Position numbers and translations under genes: made by a program. Under the pieces are notes generated by a model that saw only the letters and a list, made by a program, of their open reading frames with translations, did not search any database and was not told where the DNA came from. From NCBI GenBank assembly GCA_049999805.1, contig JBNGIO010002948.1, forward strand, positions 1-47,482: a DNA stretch of 47,482 nt, written 5' to 3'. Positions 1 through 12,219 of this stretch are shown here, piece after piece (position 1 is the first letter of the stretch; every line of letters starts with the position of its first letter). The DNA is from Folioceros fuciformis (lineage: Eukaryota).

Positions 1-1003
1 AGGCCAAGCAACATGCACACCCTGCAGATGGAACAAGCAAGAACACAATCTTGCAAGACGGCCGCAACAAGCAAAAACAAGATCTTGCATATGGCCACAA
101 CAACTTAATCTTAGAGTTTGAGTTTTAGGGCACGTTTCGATAGGCTTAATCCATTTCCTTGTAGATCTCGGGCCAACCCATGGGACCAGAAGTTGAAAAA
201 ACCCTGATATACATCAAAACACTGCGCCGTAATGCTAGGTTCCCATGTAACCCGTACTCGAAGGATTTCCAGCCACGTTGTACAAAAGACAATGAACATT
301 AATGGTTTATGGCCGGGTTGAGCTCTCCGGGTTAGAGGTTTTGGTCGGGTTTATTTTTAGGTGCACTTGGATTTCTCCGACCCAGAGCACCCGCCATGCG
401 GGTGCGGGTTGGCGCTGTCTGAAATAACGGAACGACGTTACATACAATCTGGGTTGGATGTCATATGGGACCAGGAATCGCCCGTTTTTTTCCCATTTCC
501 ATGATCGCTGCAAGTTGCCCTCTTTACATGAATCGTTCTAGCGTTGAGGACAGGGCACGCCTGTACTGTACAGATGGACTCTTTTGTTCTACTATCGATT
601 TCAACAAGACCTCCGGCTGGATTCAATGTGCCAAGCGTACCTGGTAGGTATCAAGTGTGAAGCATGCTACAAATTGTAAAGACATTGCTAATAGAAACGT
701 GTATCAGTCTCAACATTTGTCTTATAGTGTAGCTCCAGGTTTGAGCATGAGCGAGGGAGGAGGTCCTTTGCTCCTCCAAACCTACACTGGGGATAATGTA
801 GCAAACCACTTACAAGGTCCTGGCTATTCCGCAGCTTGGACACCACAATTTCAGACTGAGCTGGAAAGCCAAGGTCCTTAGAGCCCATCTGTGAATCCCA
901 ACCATGCCGAGGGCAAGAAAAGGTATAGGGTTCAAGCTTCAAATCAAGGGATTCATCACTCATTGACGAAGATAACACATGAAAAAGGTGGGACAAATCT
1001 GAA

Positions 1004-1254
1004 TTGCTCATGTTGGTTTATGTACGGAAGGAGGATGTTATGAAGCACAAGGACGGTGGTATGAAAGAAAAGATGACTCATGCCAACACAAGATGGGCTG
1101 TAATTTCAACTTCATGTGCAAGCCATAAGGTTTACAGGACGGCGAAGCAATGTCGTGATCGCTGGGAAGCTCTCATGACAGACTTCAATAAAGTCCAAGA
1201 TTAAGAGTGACCTGGTCACAATTCAGGACGGAGCAGCTATTGGAATATGGAGAA
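1004..1254 (+). pseudogene. Decayed Myb/SANT-like (trihelix-type) DNA-binding ORF, probably Harbinger ORF1 remnant
   Basis: RWAVISTSCASHKVYRTAKQCRDRWEALMTDFNKVQD matches the trihelix W..I...C......R...QCR.RWE.L..DFKK pattern. The frame continues through two stops (D*E*PGHNSGRSSYWNME) into the SYW.M motif typical of such proteins. Confidence 0.7.
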
Positions 1255-1475
1255 GGTCTCTAGATGATGCTCTAAGAAGAGCATCATCTAGAAGTCTGTG
1301 GTCATCCATGCTCACATATCTTAAAGATAGCCCGCAATCGGTGATGGCAGTATCATTACTACCCTCAAAGTAATTCACTAAATAAAACAAGTCTCCAACT
1401 ACACTTAGTGTAGCAAGGGCTACGCCGCAGACGACCGTTTGCTCCACATTGGCCATAGGTTGTCAATCCCTGAGT

Positions 1476-1592
1476 TTCAACCTAAAACGTAGCTGCTTAC
1501 TTCAACCTAAAAAGTAGCTGCTTGTTGAGCATGAAACTTGCTGAGCTTTGTCAAAGTCCATATGAAACTTGCTGAGCTTTGTCAAAGTCCAT
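1476..1592. repeat. Two short tandem duplications (25-bp x2, 31-bp x2) inside the transposon
   Basis: TTCAACCTAAAA(C/A)GTAGCTGCTT at 1476 and 1501; ATGAAACTTGCTGAGCTTTGTCAAAGTCCAT at 1531 and 1562. Confidence 0.85.
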
Positions 1593-2199
1593 AGGGACAC
1601 TTGAGTGAACAGCCCAAGGCCAGCCCGTTGTACTGAACCGAAGACCCGTTTCTGGCACTTGGCAACTGTCGGTCATGAGTTCCGATATGAGATCGTTCAC
1701 ATGTAACGGGAAAAAAATCCCCAGAAAAAGCGCTCAGGGTCCGGGCTACATGGGAACCTAGCATAAGCCTGACAAACGGCGGGCCGAAGGATGGCAAAAA
1801 GATGTTTAGAATAACATTCTCCTTTCTTTACGGTAGATAATTATCACTGCGCGGTCCCTTTTGTCGGCTTAGTTGTGAAAGGCGCTTCAGAGAGAAGCTG
1901 CCAAGTTGAGCCAAGCCCTCCAGAGCTCCACGTGGTGCCCACTGTGCGGTAGGAATCAACTCTTGATTCTCCTGCCATTGACTGACAGATACTGCACATA
2001 CACTACTCCTGTCCCGATAGTCTTGCGACGAACAGCAGCCCGTCGAAACAGAAAGAGGACCACACTGACAGCTGTCGCTAAGTCTTGTAAGGTCAACTGT
2101 TGCGGTTAGGAAGCTATGTCCAAGTCTATGCATGTGCTTGGTTCGATTGCCGATAACACCGAAAATGGGTGCCTCAAGCTATGCCACTGGTGCCTTGCC

Positions 2200-2990
2200 T
2201 CAAGACATTTTCGCAGTTTTGTGGTGATGGTACAGATTTATAGTGGGAAACTGTCCTCCATCTTCTGTTACAAGCTGAAGCGGGGTCCTCACCATCACGC
2301 GGCGTGAGTCCCGGCAGGAGCGATGATTTATATGGAGAATCCGTGTCACGATGACCTGTTTCCGGAAGACCTGCTGGTCCTCACACGATGCTCGCAGCCC
2401 GATTGGTATGGTATTGGCCATGGCTTCCCTTGAAAATCTGAGACTGGTACGAGCGAAGGCTACGGGGCATTCATCTCAGCTGTTGCCGCCCTCAACTTTG
2501 GTCTACATCCACACGATAGATACGGGGCGCATCCCGCACAGGAACGCGAAGCCCAGCAACGTGATTCTGGACTCCAACATGGAAATCCGATCGGGGGACT
2601 TCGGCTTGGTCCGCCTGGTGGGGAGACCGTCAACACGGGCCTCACGCTGACAGGGCTACCTGCGACCAGGGGCACGAGGTTACCCTATCAGGAAGAGTCT
2701 CGGCCGAGTCGGATGTTTTCAGCGTTGGGTTTTGTCTCTGGAGGTGGCAACCGGCGGGAAGCCGCAGATCCCCAGCTAGGAATTTCAGCTAGTGGAGTGG
2801 GTGTGGCAGCTGGCATCCTCTTGGATGTGGCGGATCCAGCTCTGGAAGGGAAGGTTGATGCTGAGCGGATGAGCAGTGTGTTACAGATAGGCTTGCAGAG
2901 TGCTCCCATCCTGATCCCAGCTTCAGGCCTTCGTCTGGGAGCATGCAGCAGGCTTTGAACGGATGTATGTTCGACTACCTCCGCTTCCCA
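2200..2990 (+). pseudogene. Receptor-like kinase (L-type lectin RLK-like) kinase-domain pseudogene
   Basis: Kinase motifs are spread over several frames: LVYIH...IPHRNAKPSNVILDSNMEIRSGDFGLVRLV, then DVFS, LEVATG, QLVEWVWQL, LLDVADPALEGKVDAERMSSVLQIGLQSA, HPDPSFRP. Frameshifts present; the catalytic HRD reads HRN. Confidence 0.8.
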
Positions 2991-3071
2991 GGTGGAAACC
3001 GGTTTCGTGTATTGCTTTGGTCACCATCATACGATTCACACTCCCAAGGAGACAATCCTATGCTCCTCTGC

Positions 3072-3176
3072 TTGCAAAGCTCCGAATGCTACGATCCTAG
3101 GCTTGCAGAGACGCCCTAGTTGCAAAGCTCCGAATGCTACGATCCTAGGCTTGCAGAAACGCCCTAGTTGCAAAGC
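3072..3176. repeat. 48-bp tandem repeat, ~2.2 copies
   Basis: TTGCAAAGCTCCGAATGCTACGATCCTAGGCTTGCAGA(G/A)ACGCCCTAG units start at 3072, 3120 and 3168. Confidence 0.9.
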
Positions 3177-3715
3177 GCCGATCATGACACAACAAAGTAA
3201 GGAAGGTTTAATGAACGCTAAAGTTGAAAAGAAGGAAAATGCCATCCGAGAAACTGGGTTTAGGATTAAACCCTGAACCCCTAATCCTACAGCGATACAG
3301 CTTAACCTGTCTCTGGTCGCGAAAGAGCGCGCATGGCGGGGAATCCCATTGCCCTAAAGAGCATTTTTAATAAAACTGAACTCCAACCCTAGCGAAACCG
3401 CAAATTGGCAGAGTCAATGGGGATAGAATGTTTGGCCGCTCTCGGTAAACAGAATCTGAGTTATGCATAGTTATACGTTTTAGGGTGAGAAAATTCCCTT
3501 GCACTATCTGTACTGTTGGTTCCTGCTCGTTCATGTGGTTTAAGGCAGCGGGCAGGCGGGAGTGTATGAGCATCAGCTGGACCGCATCGTGTCGTGCAAA
3601 TCTGTTGCTGCGGCGATCGGTGCTCGCTCGGCTGTCTGTTTCGCAGCGCATGCCCTTACTCTTCTAACTGCTGCCGACAACTTCCATCCCAGGTGTCTGC
3701 CGATTAGGTTCCATC

Positions 3716-5068
3716 ATGGGGAAGGGAGCAGGGCGGGGAAAGTTCAAGGGCAAGCCGACGGGGCGCCGTCATTTCTCCACCCCAGAAGAGATGGGTACAT
3801 TCCTCTTTCTCGTTTCAGACACGGCTTGGCTTGCACTGTGAAGATCTCCGGGTTCAGCGTGCTCCTTTCTTGCGTGCTGGTGCTCCCGGTGTAGCCTGCC
3901 AGACGTGCTTTTGCAAGCAAGGCATTTGTGGAGGAGAGCGTTGGTGGTGTGGATCATGAGTTGCTCGAGAATGAAGCACTGGCCTGCACTGCGTTTCGGT
4001 GCTGGTGGTTCTACTGATGCCTTTGTGCGTTGTTTGCAGCTGCCGGCACTTCAGCTAAGCCTCGCAGTTTCAAGAGGGTAAATTGAGACTGTACCATGTA
4101 ACCTTCTCATTCCCAGGAGGCTCTCATTTTGCTGGTTTCCGTGTTGCCTCGGTGGCTGCTAAGGATTTTCTCTCGTTTTCAGAATCCGAAGGAGGAGGAA
4201 GATGCGGAGGACGAGGAGGAGGAGGAAGAGGAGGAGGATTCTGACTCCGGAGATGAGTCAACGGTTTGTGTCAGTTTGTCGTGAGAGGAGACGATTCGGT
4301 TAAAGGCCTTTGCCATACGTTAGGAGGCCCCTGATTGGCTCTCTGTGATTTGTACAGAAGAAGAAGGGAGCTCAGGGTGTCATCGAAATCGAGAACCCTA
4401 ACATAGTGAAAGCGAAAAATTTGAAGGCCAAGGAACTGGATGTACGCATGTAGCTAGCAGTGGCTGCGTTGGTTCACCTCCAATTATCGTGTCTTCCAGC
4501 AAGGGCTGACCTGCTCTTCATTTTGGCTTTTCTTTTTTTGGCAGCCTGACAGACCTACAGAGTTATCAAGACGAGAAAGGTATTGGATTGAATCTCCCCC
4601 TGTTGTCCTTTTCGGAACAGGGGACTTTTCTTCGTCAGGAATCAGTATAAACTTCACGGGCTATGTGAATGCAGAGAGGAGCTTGAGAAGCAAAGGGCCC
4701 ATGAGAGGTATCTCAGGCTGCAAGAGCAGGGGAAGACCGAACAATCGAAGAAGGATTTAGGTTGGTGACGCCATTTCACAGCTCTCATAGTTGTGATTCT
4801 ATCTCCTGGCTGTCTTCGGGCTGTCACCCTTGTTTACATATGGATAAACTTGCAGAACGACTAGCATTAATAAGGCAGGAACGGCTGGAGGCTGCTAAGA
4901 AGAGAGAGGAAGAGAAAGCAGGTTGGTTCTCGTACTCATGTCCAGCGGAGCAGCAAGATCCGTTGTGTTTTTAGCACGGTAGTCCACCTGACCATGCTGA
5001 ATAATTGTTGTGCTCCGTTTGATCAAACAACAGCGAGAGAAGCAAAGAAAGCGGAATCCCGGAAGTAG
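3716..5068 (+). CDS. PDAP1: 28 kDa heat- and acid-stable phosphoprotein / PDGFA-associated protein 1-like (multi-exon)
   Basis: Spliced translation: MGKGAGRGKFKGKPTGRRHFSTPEEM, acidic EEEEDSDSGDE tract, [82 protein letters not shown]. GT-AG introns. Confidence 0.92.
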
Positions 5069-5421
5069 TTTACCTGTGTATGTCAAGGGATGAAGGTCTG
5101 GGCGCAGATATGGAGCATTTCTCCGCGGCAAATAAGTCAATTTCTTTAGGCCCCGCTAGACAACCTTCATCTGCGTTTGGTTTCAAATTTGTTGAATACG
5201 TTGCGACAGTTGTTTGATGTTATCAAATGAAAGCACTACATGTACTTAGGATAACTCGTCCTTGGGATGGAGCTGTTTCGAATATCCCGATTTTCTTTCT
5301 CCCGTCCCGTGGGTCGATATCGCACATGGACAACACGTGTCACGGGGTTGTGGGCGATTACGGCGTTTATAACAAGTGATGTAGCCAATTCCGGTGAACA
5401 CTTCCGGGCTTAGTGCGAGCT

Positions 5422-7835
5422 ATGGCAATGACAGGCCAGGTTCCCGCCGTGCAAGGCCTCGTCGCAGGCAATGGCCTGGCTATCATCTCCTTGGATCGTC
5501 CCAAGGCACTGAACGCCATGAACCTTGGTAACTTCCGAGTCAGTTTGGCTCACTTCGTCTCGCTTCTGTCCTTCTTGCTGGTGTGCTGATTTTCCATCCT
5601 GCCTTCTTTCCTAGAAATGGACAAGGCGTATAAGCAGTTTCTCGACGAATGGAGTCGCGATACATCTGTCAAGGGAGTGCTCGTAGAAAGCACTTCTCCG
5701 CGAGCCTTCTCAGCCGGTAAGTTTCGTATCTGACCTTTAGACACAAAGTGCGTCGTGGAGTAGTGTCTCGGCTGATGACAAAGAGGACTTGGCGATGGTG
5801 TTCTCAGGGGAAGCTTGGTAAAATGCAGGAATGGACATAAAAGGGGTAGCTGCTGCTGTACGAGAGAACGCAAACACACCTCTTGTACAGGAGGTGCTTG
5901 TTCGAGCCCTATACTCTTTAGAGACCGTACTTAGGTCCGACTGGAAATGTGTTGAACCAATGGTATAACCTGCGCTGTGACGTAATTCGTCAGGAACGAC
6001 GAGGTTAGGAAATTAAAAACAACTTGGTCATGCTAATCCTGCAGGAGGCGATGTTAAGTGGATGACAACAACTGGCGTCCGAGGAAGGAATGCTCACATG
6101 TGTGCAGTGGAGGTCGAGCATGTGTATACCTCCTTTTTTCTTGCGGAGGCCGGATTTTGTGCTTTTGCGATTGATTCTGAGCATCTTTCTACACTATCTA
6201 GCAACAACCACGATCTGTATTTGTGCCACCCTATTGTCTCGATCATTCAGTTCTAGACTTCCTAGCTCCCAATTGTTCCTCCCCGTTGTCCTCTGTACTT
6301 TTGAGTGGGCGTGCTTCTTAGGACGTATTTTTCTCTTGCAGGTCTTCCAGACAGAATATTCTCTCATTTGTGCGATATCAAGGTATGCAAAGCCATACAT
6401 TTCTCTTATGGATGGCATCACATTGGGTTTCGGTCTTGGTCTCTCTGCTCATGGGCGCCATCGCATCATAACTGAGGTATGGCGTAGTCGTTGGGGTTCG
6501 CGCTTCAGAGCTTGGCATGTTGTACTTTGCATTTGACCAGACCCTTTACCATGAGGAGCTAGACAGTACGTTTCAGTTCTTAACCTTCCTATCAAACCTT
6601 GGGATGCCAGAAAACAGTTTTAGGCATGCCAGAAAATGGAATTGGCCTTTTCCCTGATGTTGGATTTGCACACTTGGCTGCTAAAACTCCTGGCCAAGGA
6701 GCACTCGGTGCGTCTGTTGCAGTTCTCATTGAACCTGTGTTGCCCTCATGCCAGCTTGCCATAAGCCGTACCTGAACTAGACTCACTTGATCCTGTTTCT
6801 CTGTTCTATGCAGGGGCATATCTGGCGATCACAGGTGCTCGAGTGACGAACCCCGCGGATGCTTTGTTTACAGGGCTGGCAACTCATTTTGTCCCATCAC
6901 AGAATCTGCCAGCTTTGAAGCAAGCCTTGCTCGAAGAAGAATTGTAAGTTCCCATCACAATATTTCCCAGCCTACCGAAAGGGCTGATATCCAGTATGGC
7001 GTTTGATAAGACCCTAAAAGTCACTGTGGAATATGAACTTGCAGTGCTGCAGACGTCGGTGAGGGTGTGGAGCGTGTACTGTCAAAATTCAGTGAGACCC
7101 CAAAGGATGAGCCTGAGTTAAAAAGGCTTTTGCCATGGATTGTTGCATGTTTCGGGGAAGGCAAATCAATTGAGGAGACTGTGGATGCTCTTCACAATCT
7201 CAAGCTTTCTGAGAACAGCCAAGGTCCATCCTAACTCGACCTTGCGACGCCTGCACTAGGATTATTTTCCAGCCATCAGGTCCTGGTTCTATGCCTGTTT
7301 CTTATCTGGAGAAAATCGTCTGTGCTTTGACAGCTGCCGAGTGGGCACGAGTTGCGCTCCTTGGCATTGAGAAAGGTGCCCCCTTTTCGGTGAGCCTAAC
7401 TCGAAAACATTTCTCCGAGGTTGCCTCAGCTGCAGCAAGTCCCGGACATGAGCTTTCAGAGGTAAAGGCATGTCGGGGTTGTGGGACACCTCCGGTGTAG
7501 GGCGTGCTCAGGGCGATGTTTCTGATTGTTCTTGCACTACTTGCAATAGATTGAAGGAGTCATGAGGAGGGAGCACCGGCTAGCTGTGAGGATGACATTG
7601 CGCAAAGATTTTCTGGAGGGCGTTCGAGCAGTCCTAATCGACAAGGATCAGGTGCGTTGCATGAGATGCTTTCCCGTACCATGTGCACTATTTTTTCTCA
7701 CAGCGCTGGTTTTCACTCGAACTCCGTTTTCAGAAGCCTAGGTGGGAGCCGCAAAGCCTTGAGCAGGTGAAAACTGCAGATGTGCAGGCGTGCTTTGGAG
7801 CTCTGGAATCGTCGTCAGACGAGTTGGTTTTGTGA
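5422..7835 (+). CDS. 3-hydroxyisobutyryl-CoA hydrolase-like protein (crotonase family, multi-exon)
   Basis: [98 protein letters not shown]. Stop TGA at 7833-7835. Confidence 0.92.
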
Positions 7836-8065
7836 TCATTGTGCTCGCACTACGAAGCTCAATAACGTGGCCTTTCCTTGAGTAGTGCCGAGGAACACCA
7901 TTTTCCATCGCGGTTGTCTGTAATAAACATAACATTTGGTCCCTCCGGTCGCAGGACAGTGTCGGGATGCCCAAGGCAGATGTCTCCTCATGTCTCGGTT
8001 GGACCAAAGCAGTTTCTGCATCATTAAAGTACTGTACATTTGTCCGCCGGAACGGAAAGCATTCA

Positions 8066-10890
8066 TCAGCGCAGGCCGGCCGACCTGAACGTCGGCGGTG
8101 GTGGAATGTCCAACGGCCGTTTGCGGCGGCCACGAGAACCTGGTGTAGGGCTCTCGTTTTCTGCCGGGTGACGAGACAGAGGCGTGGCCTGCCTTCGTTT
8201 ACCCAAACTGTTGTTGGAGATGTTCTGCAAAGCTGCTCTAGGCTCCTTCTTGCTCTTGGTTCTAGACGGAGCTACATACTGGAGCATCTCTTCGTGCTGC
8301 CGATGGCCGCTCAGGAGCTTCACCTTGAAGGAGTCATCTGCAGTAAAACATTGGGAAGAGCACGGGCTACTCATATCACTCCTGTCGATGTCCACGTTGC
8401 CATTGTTCACCTGCCGCGAACACGGAAATTGATCAGCTCGCTAAGTGAGCTCACTGTTGCGAGTGCCAGGCGACTAGTGCGTGCGTACCAGTTGTAGAAG
8501 AGCGGAGAAAGATCTGGCCACCTCGTGCTCTGGTTGGCCTCGAACCAGGTCTGCAAACGACTTGTCCTCTTGGGAGCTTGCAGCGGCCCCAGCGACGTCG
8601 GTGGTACTGGAGAGGTGTTGCAGCAGCTTCTCACCGTAGATATGTATGTCAAATGGTGTGCGAGATTCCTGTACAAGCAACCCATGACCATGGCCTTAGT
8701 GCCCCAACAGCCAGGGGATACCCTGCTCTACATCTGTGCTGCAAATGGGAGGTACTCGCACCTGCTCTTCCAGCGTTACTTCGATTTTCTGCTTCCAGCC
8801 TGAGACTCTGGCTGCAAGTTCTGTACGTTCCTCCGAGTCCACCAACTTCCGAAAAATGGAATCCTGCAGTTGCCCTGATCAGCACTACCAAAATCTCGCC
8901 GAACAACGAAAAGTTGTCGAGTAATCGCTATGCGTACCATATGAGCTTGGCAAAGTTCTTCAAAACTCATTTCTTCAGTTTCTCCATCTTTCCAATCAGG
9001 GAGGGGCCCTAGATCCGACTCTCCCCGTTCGCTCGTTCGAGCCTGTTCACAGCCAAGTCTCAGCCCATTCTCCAGCTTTCCAACCATCAGAGAAAGATTT
9101 CTTGAAGAAAGCTCACAATGTTTGCGTCAGTGGTTTCAATGACATGCTGGAACACAAAGTCATCCTCTGGCACAGCATCCCTAGTTTCGTTGCACTGATC
9201 GTCCTCATCTGACAGGTTTGCTGTTTCGGCTCCTTCATCCAATGTGTCTTTGTCTGGGGATCCTGGTTTTGGGCGCTCAAGTGTGCAATATGTAGATCGA
9301 AGCTGCAACAGAAACGAGGCCCCAGCCAATCAGATTGCTGACTTGAAGATGGTCAACTTCACTGGGGGGTTGCAACGACCCACCTGCTCGAAACGTCTGG
9401 ACCAGCCATCGTCAGATGTCTCGGACTCGACCTGTTTCAGCTTGGCCTGCAGGATTTTTCCAAATTCAGGAAAAGATGGACCATGCCGTGATGCAACGCA
9501 CACTTCGAAAGCAGGCGTCGTGCTGGATTCTCGTCTTGGCTTGATTTTCCGAAAGTGGTCCCCTGCACGATGTCGAAGTAGGTGAGACATGTCCTGCCAG
9601 GGACGACTTTCAGGGCAGCCCAGTCTGAGGGTACCTTTCTTGAATGGTTTGATCGGAAGTGACCCCACCTCGTAAGGATTCAGTGCAGCCCAAGGATCGC
9701 TCTCTGTCTCGCTGTCGGAGACGGAAGCTTCATTAGGCGGCATGGCATCACCGTGATCATCGTACATGTGCTCCAGCGAATTGACCGGCCAGTAAGAAGA
9801 ATCAAGGACGTTCGGTTGCTCAGGTGCAGCCCCTTGCTCCCTCTTGTTTGCATGAGCCCCATCCTCTCCGCCTTGTCCATGAGTTGCAGCAGCACTTTTA
9901 GGTGTCCTGTCCTTTACAACCGAATTTTGCCTCTTGGCAGGCGTTGTCGTCCCAGTGCCTTTAGGCGTCCTGCCTCGAACACGGGGTGCAGGACTCTTCC
10001 TCGCAGCACACCCCAAGTAAATATCCACGGATGCAGTATCACAGGGATCAAGCAGCAAAAAGTCCCTATGCAAAATGCTGGTTGCAATCTGCACTTCAGA
10101 AAACCAACGAAAAACACGTGAGCATCTCCACGGGAAGGGAAGCAGGGGCAAGCAACAAGGCAAAGAATATCCCGAACAACCTGAAACGATGCCAACTCTC
10201 CTGCATCCCCCGCCATATCCCTAACATCTCCCTCCACCACGAGCAAGCAAGCTGGTGGCTTGAGCACAGGCGTGAGAAGCCCTGATCCGCTACCGTGGTC
10301 ATCGATATCGATGTTTGCCTCTTCTGCAGAATTCAGAGACGGCATCAGTCAAGACAATTACGTTGCAGCTGGGGCGGAAACTTTCTCCCAACCAATGTCT
10401 CACCCGGCACATCGTCCAGATTCAAAAATTCCTCCTCCTCCTCCTCAAAAACGTCCGTATCCTTCCCGTCCACTTGCAACGGCGACTTTCCGTCAACGTG
10501 CGACGCCTTCTTCAGCGCAATGAGCTCCAGCGCCTGCAAAACGAGGCCGTACAGATACTCCACTTTCCTGCTGTAGACTTGTATGGAGCCTTGGATGACC
10601 AACGCCGCTACAAGACAGTGCAGGCATGAAATGGTGACACGCAGAAAAAACCTAGCCGAGAAGGTTTAGCATCAGCAAGAAGCGCAATAGCAGCGAGAAG
10701 TACGAGCATTACCTTGAGCAAAATTGAGCAAAGAACGGCCATCGGGGCAAAGGCAGGATCGCGAGAGCTGCTCAAGATATTGCTGCAGCTCACGCGCCAC
10801 ATCCACAGACCAGTTGGCCACCAAATCGCGCTGCGGCTGCAGCAACGCGAGCAAATCCGCTCCCTCGGTGTCCACCTCCGCCTCCTCCAT
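8066..10890 (-). CDS. CAPH2: Condensin II complex kleisin subunit H2 (multi-exon)
   Basis: LLQPQRDLVANWSVDVARELQQYL, LNFAQ/AALVIQGSIQVYSRKVEYLY, DPWAALNPYE, SFEELCQAH, FDIHIYGEKLL, HEVARSFSALLQLVNNGNVDI. Confidence 0.93.
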
Positions 10891-11090
10891 CCTCGTCGTC
10901 CAGCGCGCTTTCTGCTCCTCAGAACGTTTTTTTTGAACCGGAGGTAGTCTCGAGACGTCTCAAACGCTGGGTTGGAGCACCCGGGTGCTCCAACAAATTC
11001 CCTGAAAATGACCCCCTTTTCCAACCAGCACTTTAGGAGCAGGCCGGTTTGCAGTTGCAGAGAGCTTATCCTTTAGCAGCGCCAGAAACA

Positions 11091-11951
11091 ATGGAGGGGC
11101 CGGGGCCTGGGCCGGGGTCGGGGCCGGGGCCTGGGCCGGGGTCGGGGCCGGGTTCGGGAACAGGATCAGGGCAGGCGCTGGGAAGTTGCGGCGGCGGCGG
11201 CAGTGTCGGCGCCAGCAACAGCACGAGCAATGGTGGTAGCGGCAAGAGCAAGGCGATGCGGCGGGAGCCATCGGTGGAGGATCTCTTCGCTCCCATGTGG
11301 CGCCTGGATGTGCACTCCACCAAGCCGGCATCCGAGGATGCGGATTCTAATCGAGAGCCGGAGCCGGAAAGTTGTGTTGCAACCTCGATTCCGATTCCCA
11401 GGGCCAGAGGCCGTAGCGGGAGCGGTGGGAGCAGCTCGGCCACTTCATCTCACTCTTGGCCTTCCTCCACCTCCTCCGGGATCGCAGATGTGAGGTCTGT
11501 AGGAGGCGCGGCACCCGCGTCCGGAGCTGGATCTGCACTCTGCGTAGGAGGACATGAGGGATTGGCGCCAGCTCAGACGGCTGCGCTCTCCAATTCCGCT
11601 TCCGACGATGATCAGGTGGCCGTGGACGAGAGGAAGCAGCGGCGGATGCTGTCGAACCGAGAGTCCGCGCGCCGGTCCCGGCTGCGGAAGCAACAGCACC
11701 TGGACGAGCTGCGGGCGCAGGTGGCGCATCTGCGAGGCGAGAACAATCAGATTATGAGCAAGTTCACTCTGGCCACGCAGCACTACGCGCAGATCAGCGA
11801 GGAGAATCGGGTGCTGCGCTCGCACGCCATGGACCTCAGCCGCCAGCTCCAGCGGCTGCATCACGCTGCGGTGGCGCACAACGCGGCGGCTGGATTCCTC
11901 AGTGTGGCAGGGAGTTCTACAGTAGAGACACCTGCCGCGACTACTCCCTAG
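11091..11951 (+). CDS. Intronless bZIP transcription factor (group S/C-like basic region) with Gly/Pro/Ser-rich N-terminus
   Basis: DERKQRRMLSNRESARRSRLRKQQHLDELRAQVAHLRGENNQI...EENRVLRSHAMDLSRQLQRL. First ATG at 11091. Confidence 0.9.
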   Translation: MEGPGPGPGSGPGPGPGSGPGSGTGSGQALGSCGGGGSVGASNSTSNGGSGKSKAMRREPSVEDLFAPMWRLDVHSTKPASEDADSNREPEPESCVATSIPIPRARGRSGSGGSSSATSSHSWPSSTSSGIADVRSVGGAAPASGAGSALCVGGHEGLAPAQTAALSNSASDDDQVAVDERKQRRMLSNRESARRSRLRKQQHLDELRAQVAHLRGENNQIMSKFTLATQHYAQISEENRVLRSHAMDLSRQLQRLHHAAVAHNAAAGFLSVAGSSTVETPAATTP

Positions 11952-12219
11952 CTTTCTCCAACATTCATGTACATAACATTCTTCCTTCTTCCTGACGCAG
12001 GTAACACCTTTCCTCCTTTTAATCTCTTTTATTTCGTTGGTAGAGCTTTCAGACGGCTATCCCACAATGAACAACAACCGAGCCTCTGTAATTACTAGGC
12101 GGGCTCGTGGGTTATTTCACCCAACCCGTGCCACAAAAATGGATTTGACAATGCCTTCCTAGGCTCACGAACAATTGTATTTCCCACCTCCATGTCCATG
12201 CTCGTAGTCATGTCACCTC

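Larger units (their letters stand above)
233..1763. mobile_element. Non-autonomous PIF/Harbinger-like DNA transposon
   Basis: 22-bp terminal inverted repeats: TGCTAGGTTCCCATGTAACCCG (233-254) and CGGGCTACATGGGAACCTAGCA (1742-1763), 1 mismatch. TAA flanks both sides (230-232, 1764-1766), the typical PIF/Harbinger target duplication. A decayed Myb/SANT ORF lies inside; no DDE transposase seen. Confidence 0.8.

Noticed and set aside
2992-3276. 94-aa ORF with internal peptide repeat
   Set aside because: Explained by the 48-bp tandem repeat; non-ATG start and no homology recognised
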